Position numbers and translations under genes: made by a program | In this document: positions 60,234 through 64,000 of the stretch, in pieces | How the letters are laid out: every line of letters begins with the position of its first letter | Position numbering within the stretch: position 1 is the stretch's first letter | Assembly: GCA_965116845.1 (NCBI GenBank) | Contig: OZ220728.1 | Location: forward strand, 4,920,433 to 4,984,432 | DNA from: Vicinamibacterales bacterium | Lineage (GTDB): Bacteria > Acidobacteriota > Vicinamibacteria > Vicinamibacterales > UBA8438 | DNA length: 64,000 nucleotides | Direction of reading: 5' to 3' | Notes under the pieces: generated by a model | Database searches by the model: none | Seen by the model: the letters and a program-made list of their open reading frames with translations, nothing else | What the model was told of the DNA's origin: nothing

Positions 60234-60991
60234 AGGTGGACCCACTGCGCGATTCGCTCGACGGCCTGTCGCCCTCACGGTACGTTGCGACGTTGTCTGA
60301 GATCGCGCACGTGGATGGATTCCATCCGGCCGAGCGAGACCTCCTCGACCAACACGCCGCCCTGACGAATCCGGTCCGACCGACGGGAGCCCAACCCCGA
60401 GGGGACGGCATCTGGGACGGCGCCGCCGACGTTGATGCACGGCACGCGTACCCTTCCTGGAAGGACAATTTAGAGGGGAGCGACCGACCCGACAGGTGTG
60501 ACGAGGAACGCCTGCCGGAGGCCGGCGACAATCACGACATGCGCTTCCTGAAGCCTGACGGGCTGGGGTATCCGGGCACACTGGTCGCTTTCGAGCTTCC
60601 TGTCGAGTCGGTCGGGAGCTACGACGATCTGATCGAGACGATCCAGAAGCGCGCCCGGGAACGGACGCCCAGACGCGCACAGCACCACTGGATTCGCTAC
60701 GAGGAGTCACCGAGCGAGGCTGTTGTCTTCGTGGTCCGCTACGCTTCGGAGAACACCGAACGTGCCGAGAGACTTGCCCGGGAGCAATTGGAGCCGAGGA
60801 TTCTCAGGAAGGAACCGATAGTTCTGGACTTCGGCGGAATGGACATCGCCACCCAGAGTTATCTTCACGCGCTGTTGTTCAGTGCCCTGCGCCTCGCATG
60901 GGCAAGACAGAGCTTCATCTACGTCGTGAATGCGAGTTCGCCCGTCCGCAGCGGCATCGAACTCGTCGAAGACTACGCGCTCGGGGGCTAG
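60230..60991 (+). CDS. Hypothetical protein C: TerB-like N-terminus + STAS-like (DUF4325-like) C-terminus, no TM (253 aa)
   Basis: The GTG overlaps the stop of B (GTGA); an alternative GTG at 60236 has GGGAG 6 nt upstream. The N-terminus reads YVATLSEIAHVDGFHPAERDLLDQH. The C-terminus reads EPIVLDFGGMDIATQSYLHALLFSAL...VVNASSPVRSGIELV. Confidence 0.6.
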   Translation: MKVDPLRDSLDGLSPSRYVATLSEIAHVDGFHPAERDLLDQHAALTNPVRPTGAQPRGDGIWDGAADVDARHAYPSWKDNLEGSDRPDRCDEERLPEAGDNHDMRFLKPDGLGYPGTLVAFELPVESVGSYDDLIETIQKRARERTPRRAQHHWIRYEESPSEAVVFVVRYASENTERAERLAREQLEPRILRKEPIVLDFGGMDIATQSYLHALLFSALRLAWARQSFIYVVNASSPVRSGIELVEDYALGG

Positions 60992-61072
60992 GAGTCTGCG
61001 CCGCAGAACGGTGCGGACTCCTGTAGGCTTGGTTGGGCACCAGGCGGAGCCGTCAGGCGACGAATGGTGGGC
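60990..61072. repeat. REP-like 83-nt element (full copy)
   Basis: aggagtctgcgccgcagaacggtgcggactcctgtaggcttggttgggcaccaggcggagccgtcaggcgacgaatggtgggc is about 90 percent identical by eye to the units at 30187-30354. It is flanked by TA on both sides. Confidence 0.85.
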
Positions 61073-61092
61073 TAGTCTTTTCAGGAGCTGCC

Positions 61093-62415
61093 ATGCAGTC
61101 ACCTCTTCGCATCCTCCTGCCCGTTCTGGCGATGGCGGCGCTCCCGCCGGCGCCGGCGGCGGCGCAGGACGAGGTCCAGGTCTTCCGGGGCGCCACTGTG
61201 CTCCCGATCGCGAGGCCGGCCATCGAGTCCGGCGTCCTGGTCGTCCGGGGCGGCGCCATCGTCGAGGTCGGCGGACCCGACGTGCCCACGCCGCAAGGGG
61301 CGGTGGAGCACGACCTGACGGGCCGCGTGCTGTTGCCCGGCCTGGTGGACAGCCACTCCCACGTGGGCGCCGCGTCGGGCGGCGACGGCTCCTCGCCGCT
61401 GCATCCCGACGTGCGGGGCCTCGACTCCATCGACATCCTCTCCGACGGCTTCTGGCGCGCGCGAGCCGGCGGCATCACCACCGTGAACGTGATGCCCGGG
61501 TCGGGACACCTGATGTCCGGCCAGACCGTGTACCTCAAGCTCCGGGACGGCGGCCGCACGGTCGAGGACTGGCTGTTCTGCGACGATCCGCTGACCGACG
61601 TGTGCGGCGGGATGAAGATGGCGAACGGCACGAACTCGATGCGGAATCCGCCGTTTCCCGGCACGCGGGCCCGGTCGGCGGCGCTCGTGCGCGGGCTCTA
61701 CCACGAGGCGCGCGCCTGGGTCGAGCGGCGCCGGGCGGAGGACGAGCCGCCAGCCGAGCGCGACCTGCGCATGGAGGCATTGGCGGAGGTGCTGGCCGGC
61801 GACCGCATCGTCCAGCACCACACGCACCGCCACAACGACATCGCGACCGTGCTGCGGTTGCGCGAAGAGTTCGGCTTCCGGGTGGTCCTCCAGCACGGCA
61901 CCGAGGCCTGGAAGCTGGCCGACGAGATTGCCGCCGCCGGGGTGCCGGTGTCGATCACCTTCATCGACGCACCGGGCGGCAAGGAGGAGGCGCTCGACTG
62001 GTCGCTGGAGATCGGCGCCATCCTGGAGCGCGCGGGGGTGGACGTCGCCTTCAACACGGACGACTTCATCACGGATTCCCGGCTGCTGCGGCGGGGCGCG
62101 GCGCTGGCGGTGCGCAACGGGATGTCGCGCGCCGCGGCGCTCCGGGCGCTGACCCTCGTCCCGGCGCGCATGCTGGGCCTGGAGGACCGCGTCGGTTCGC
62201 TCGAAGCGGGCAAGGACGCCGACTTCGTGGTGCTCTCGGGCGATCCGCTCAGTGTCTACACGACGGTCGAGCAGACGTGGGTCGAGGGGCGGTTGATCTA
62301 CGACCGGTCCGACCCGGAGCACCGCCGGTACGCGGTCGGCGGCCACAACGTCTACCGCGCGACGGCCGGGGAGGAGGAGGCTCTGCGCCGGCTTCTGGAA
62401 GGAGAAGGGCAGTGA
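61093..62415 (+). CDS. Secreted amidohydrolase family protein (imidazolonepropionase/prolidase-like)
   Basis: The ATG at 61093 has AGGAG 5 nt upstream. The signal ends PAAAQ. It has the HxH motif GLVDSHSHVG and a C-terminal GSLEAGKDADFVVLSGDP. Confidence 0.85.
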   Translation: MQSPLRILLPVLAMAALPPAPAAAQDEVQVFRGATVLPIARPAIESGVLVVRGGAIVEVGGPDVPTPQGAVEHDLTGRVLLPGLVDSHSHVGAASGGDGSSPLHPDVRGLDSIDILSDGFWRARAGGITTVNVMPGSGHLMSGQTVYLKLRDGGRTVEDWLFCDDPLTDVCGGMKMANGTNSMRNPPFPGTRARSAALVRGLYHEARAWVERRRAEDEPPAERDLRMEALAEVLAGDRIVQHHTHRHNDIATVLRLREEFGFRVVLQHGTEAWKLADEIAAAGVPVSITFIDAPGGKEEALDWSLEIGAILERAGVDVAFNTDDFITDSRLLRRGAALAVRNGMSRAAALRALTLVPARMLGLEDRVGSLEAGKDADFVVLSGDPLSVYTTVEQTWVEGRLIYDRSDPEHRRYAVGGHNVYRATAGEEEALRRLLEGEGQ

Positions 62416-62417
62416 GT

Positions 62418-63752
62418 GTGCACCCGTTCCCGCAATGCCGTGGAGTCCTGGCGCGACCTCGCGGTCGCGTTGGGAGTCTGCGCTGTCACCAACTCCCTCC
62501 ATGGCGCGCTCTGCGGCGCAGACTCCTGCTGCTGGTGGTGCTGGGCGCGGCCCTGGCCGGCGTGGCGGCACCGCCGGCCGCCGCGCAGGTGGTGGTGCGG
62601 GCGGACCTCCTCCACACCGTCTCCGGGGAGCCGCTCGAGAACGCCGTCGTGATCGCGGGCGCCGGCGGCACGATCGAATGGGTCGGCCCCGCGGACGAGG
62701 CGGCCATTCCCGATGGCGTCGAGGTGCTCGAAGCGGCCGTCGTCACGCCCGGCCTGGTCGATGCGCACTCCGTCGTCGGCCTGTCCGGCGCCCTGAACAG
62801 CAACGTGGGGGCGGTCCGCGATCAGGATCAACTGGATACCTCGGCCCCGATCCAGCCCGAGTTGCGCGCCATCGACGCCTACGACGCGACCGAGAGGCTG
62901 GTCGAGTGGGTCCGCCTCTACGGCGTCACGACGCTTCACACGGGGCACGGCCCCGGCGCCCTCATCAGCGGCCAGACGATGATCGTCAAGACGCGCGGCC
63001 GCAACGTGGAGGAGGCGACGCTGGTTCCGGCCCGCATGCTGGCCGCGACCCTCGGCAACGCGGTGTCTTCGAACTTCGAGTCGCCGGGCACGTCCTCCAA
63101 GGGCGTCGCGATGCTGCGCGGCGCGCTGTTCGGCGCGCAGGCGCACAATGAGCGGCTGCGCAGCGCGAGGGCGGACGGCGCGGACGGAGAGCCGCCGCCG
63201 GCCCCCGACCTGACGAATGAGGCGCTGGGACGGGTGCTCGAGGGCGAGCTGTCGCTGCTGGTCACCGCCGACAGCGCCACCGAGATCGCCGCGGCGCTCC
63301 GGCTGCAGCGCGAGTTCGACATCGACCTCGTGCTCGACAGCGCGGCCGAGTCGTACCTGCTGCTGGAGGAGATCCGCGCCGCCGGCGTGCCGGTCCTGGT
63401 TCACCCGCCGATGAGCCGCGTGCGCAACGGGTCGTTCGAGACCGCCGCCCGGCTCGCCGAGGCCGGCATCCCGTTCGCCATCCAGACCGGTTTCGAAGGC
63501 TACGTGCCCAAGACACGCGTGCTGCTGTGGGAGGCCGCCATCGCCGCCGCCAACGGGCTCGGCCCCGAGAGGGCGCTCGAAGCGGTGACCCTCGGCGCCG
63601 CGCGCATCCTCGGCGTCGACGACCGGGTCGGCTCGATCGAAGTCGGCAAGGATGCCGATCTCGTCCTCTTCGACGGCGACCCCTTCGAGTACACCAGCCA
63701 CGTGTGCGGCGTGATCATCGAGGCCGAGGTGCAGTCCACGGAGTGCCGCTAG
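62418..63752 (+). CDS. Secreted amidohydrolase family protein, paralogous partner, degenerate metal motif
   Basis: It has the same family C-terminus (GSIEVGKDADLVLFDGDP) and a signal segment RRRLLLLVVLGAALAGVAAPPAAAQ. It has GLVDAHSVVG where HxH is expected. The start is uncertain: GTG 62418 is the only canonical in-frame start. Confidence 0.7.
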   Translation: MHPFPQCRGVLARPRGRVGSLRCHQLPPWRALRRRLLLLVVLGAALAGVAAPPAAAQVVVRADLLHTVSGEPLENAVVIAGAGGTIEWVGPADEAAIPDGVEVLEAAVVTPGLVDAHSVVGLSGALNSNVGAVRDQDQLDTSAPIQPELRAIDAYDATERLVEWVRLYGVTTLHTGHGPGALISGQTMIVKTRGRNVEEATLVPARMLAATLGNAVSSNFESPGTSSKGVAMLRGALFGAQAHNERLRSARADGADGEPPPAPDLTNEALGRVLEGELSLLVTADSATEIAAALRLQREFDIDLVLDSAAESYLLLEEIRAAGVPVLVHPPMSRVRNGSFETAARLAEAGIPFAIQTGFEGYVPKTRVLLWEAAIAAANGLGPERALEAVTLGAARILGVDDRVGSIEVGKDADLVLFDGDPFEYTSHVCGVIIEAEVQSTECR

Positions 63753-64000
63753 TGGTCCGTGCGGGAGGTTTCTTGACGCAACGTCTTGCGAGCCCGATCA
63801 ACGGCATCGAGGATGGCGCCTGCCGACTTGGACCAGCGGAATGGTTGGGCGGAATGCCTGTTGTGCACTTCGATGAATCGGCGGATCTCATCGCGCAGTT
63901 CGGTCACGCTGGTGAATCTTCCCCGTCGCAGGGCGCGCCGCTCCAACGGTCCGAACCAGGTCTCGACAGCGTTGAGCCACGACGCGCTCGTCGGGGTGAA
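63749..64000 (-). mobile_element. IS630-family transposase, C-terminal part (gene continues beyond window end)
   Basis: The minus-strand translation FTPTSASWLNAVETWFGPLERRALRRGRFTSVTELRDEIRRFIEVHNRHSAQPFRWSKSA is the conserved IS630/Tc1-like DDE C-terminus. Confidence 0.8.

Overview
This is a 64-kb, very G+C-rich bacterial chromosomal segment. G+C was judged by eye from codon third positions and not computed. Because stop codons are rare, the six-frame track is full of long antisense and read-through ORFs. I called genes only where the translated protein has recognisable family motifs, signal peptides, SD-plus-start geometry or coupling overlaps. The gene content includes CarboxypepD_reg-type TonB receptors, many secreted amidohydrolases and serine hydrolases, PQQ-type beta-propellers and a sigma-54 promoter. 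That mix suggests an Acidobacteriota- or Gemmatimonadota-like soil organism, but this is inference only.

About 55 CDSs are supportable. Main blocks:
- 0.1-6.5 kb: beta-lactamase-like hydrolase, TonB receptor, two small ORFs and enolase, all on the minus strand.
- 6.7-8.7 kb: a two-gene module of unknown membrane proteins.
- 8.7-21 kb: mixed metabolism (kinase-like protein, 2-hydroxyacid dehydrogenase, CNNM/CBS, glutamate dehydrogenase, PQQ propellers, dihaem cytochrome c, cyclase, amidase).
- Toxin-antitoxin-like loci: vapBC-like pairs at 21.7-22.4 kb and 42.8-43.5 kb, a DUF433/DUF5615-like pair at 26.1-27.1 kb, and a Uma2 nuclease gene at 20.7-21.4 kb.
- 32.9-42.8 kb: a colinear nitrogen-control supercluster. 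It has a perfect sigma-54 promoter, two TorF-like porin paralogues, then glnD-glnB-glnA-glnE.
- 47.1-50.6 kb: dapB-dapA-dapD and a dapE-like gene.
- 57.25-64 kb: an accessory region. It holds a truncated P4-type integrase, a translationally coupled three-gene module of unplaceable proteins (57934-60991), a REP-like element, two amidohydrolases and a partial IS630 transposase at the window edge.

The three-gene module is my best candidate for an undescribed system. It encodes two glycine-zipper membrane proteins and a TerB-like/STAS-like cytosolic protein.

An ~84-nt REP-like element recurs at gene ends throughout the window, once as a tandem pair. No rRNA, tRNA or CRISPR array was seen. All family assignments come from motif recognition by eye, and no database search was run.
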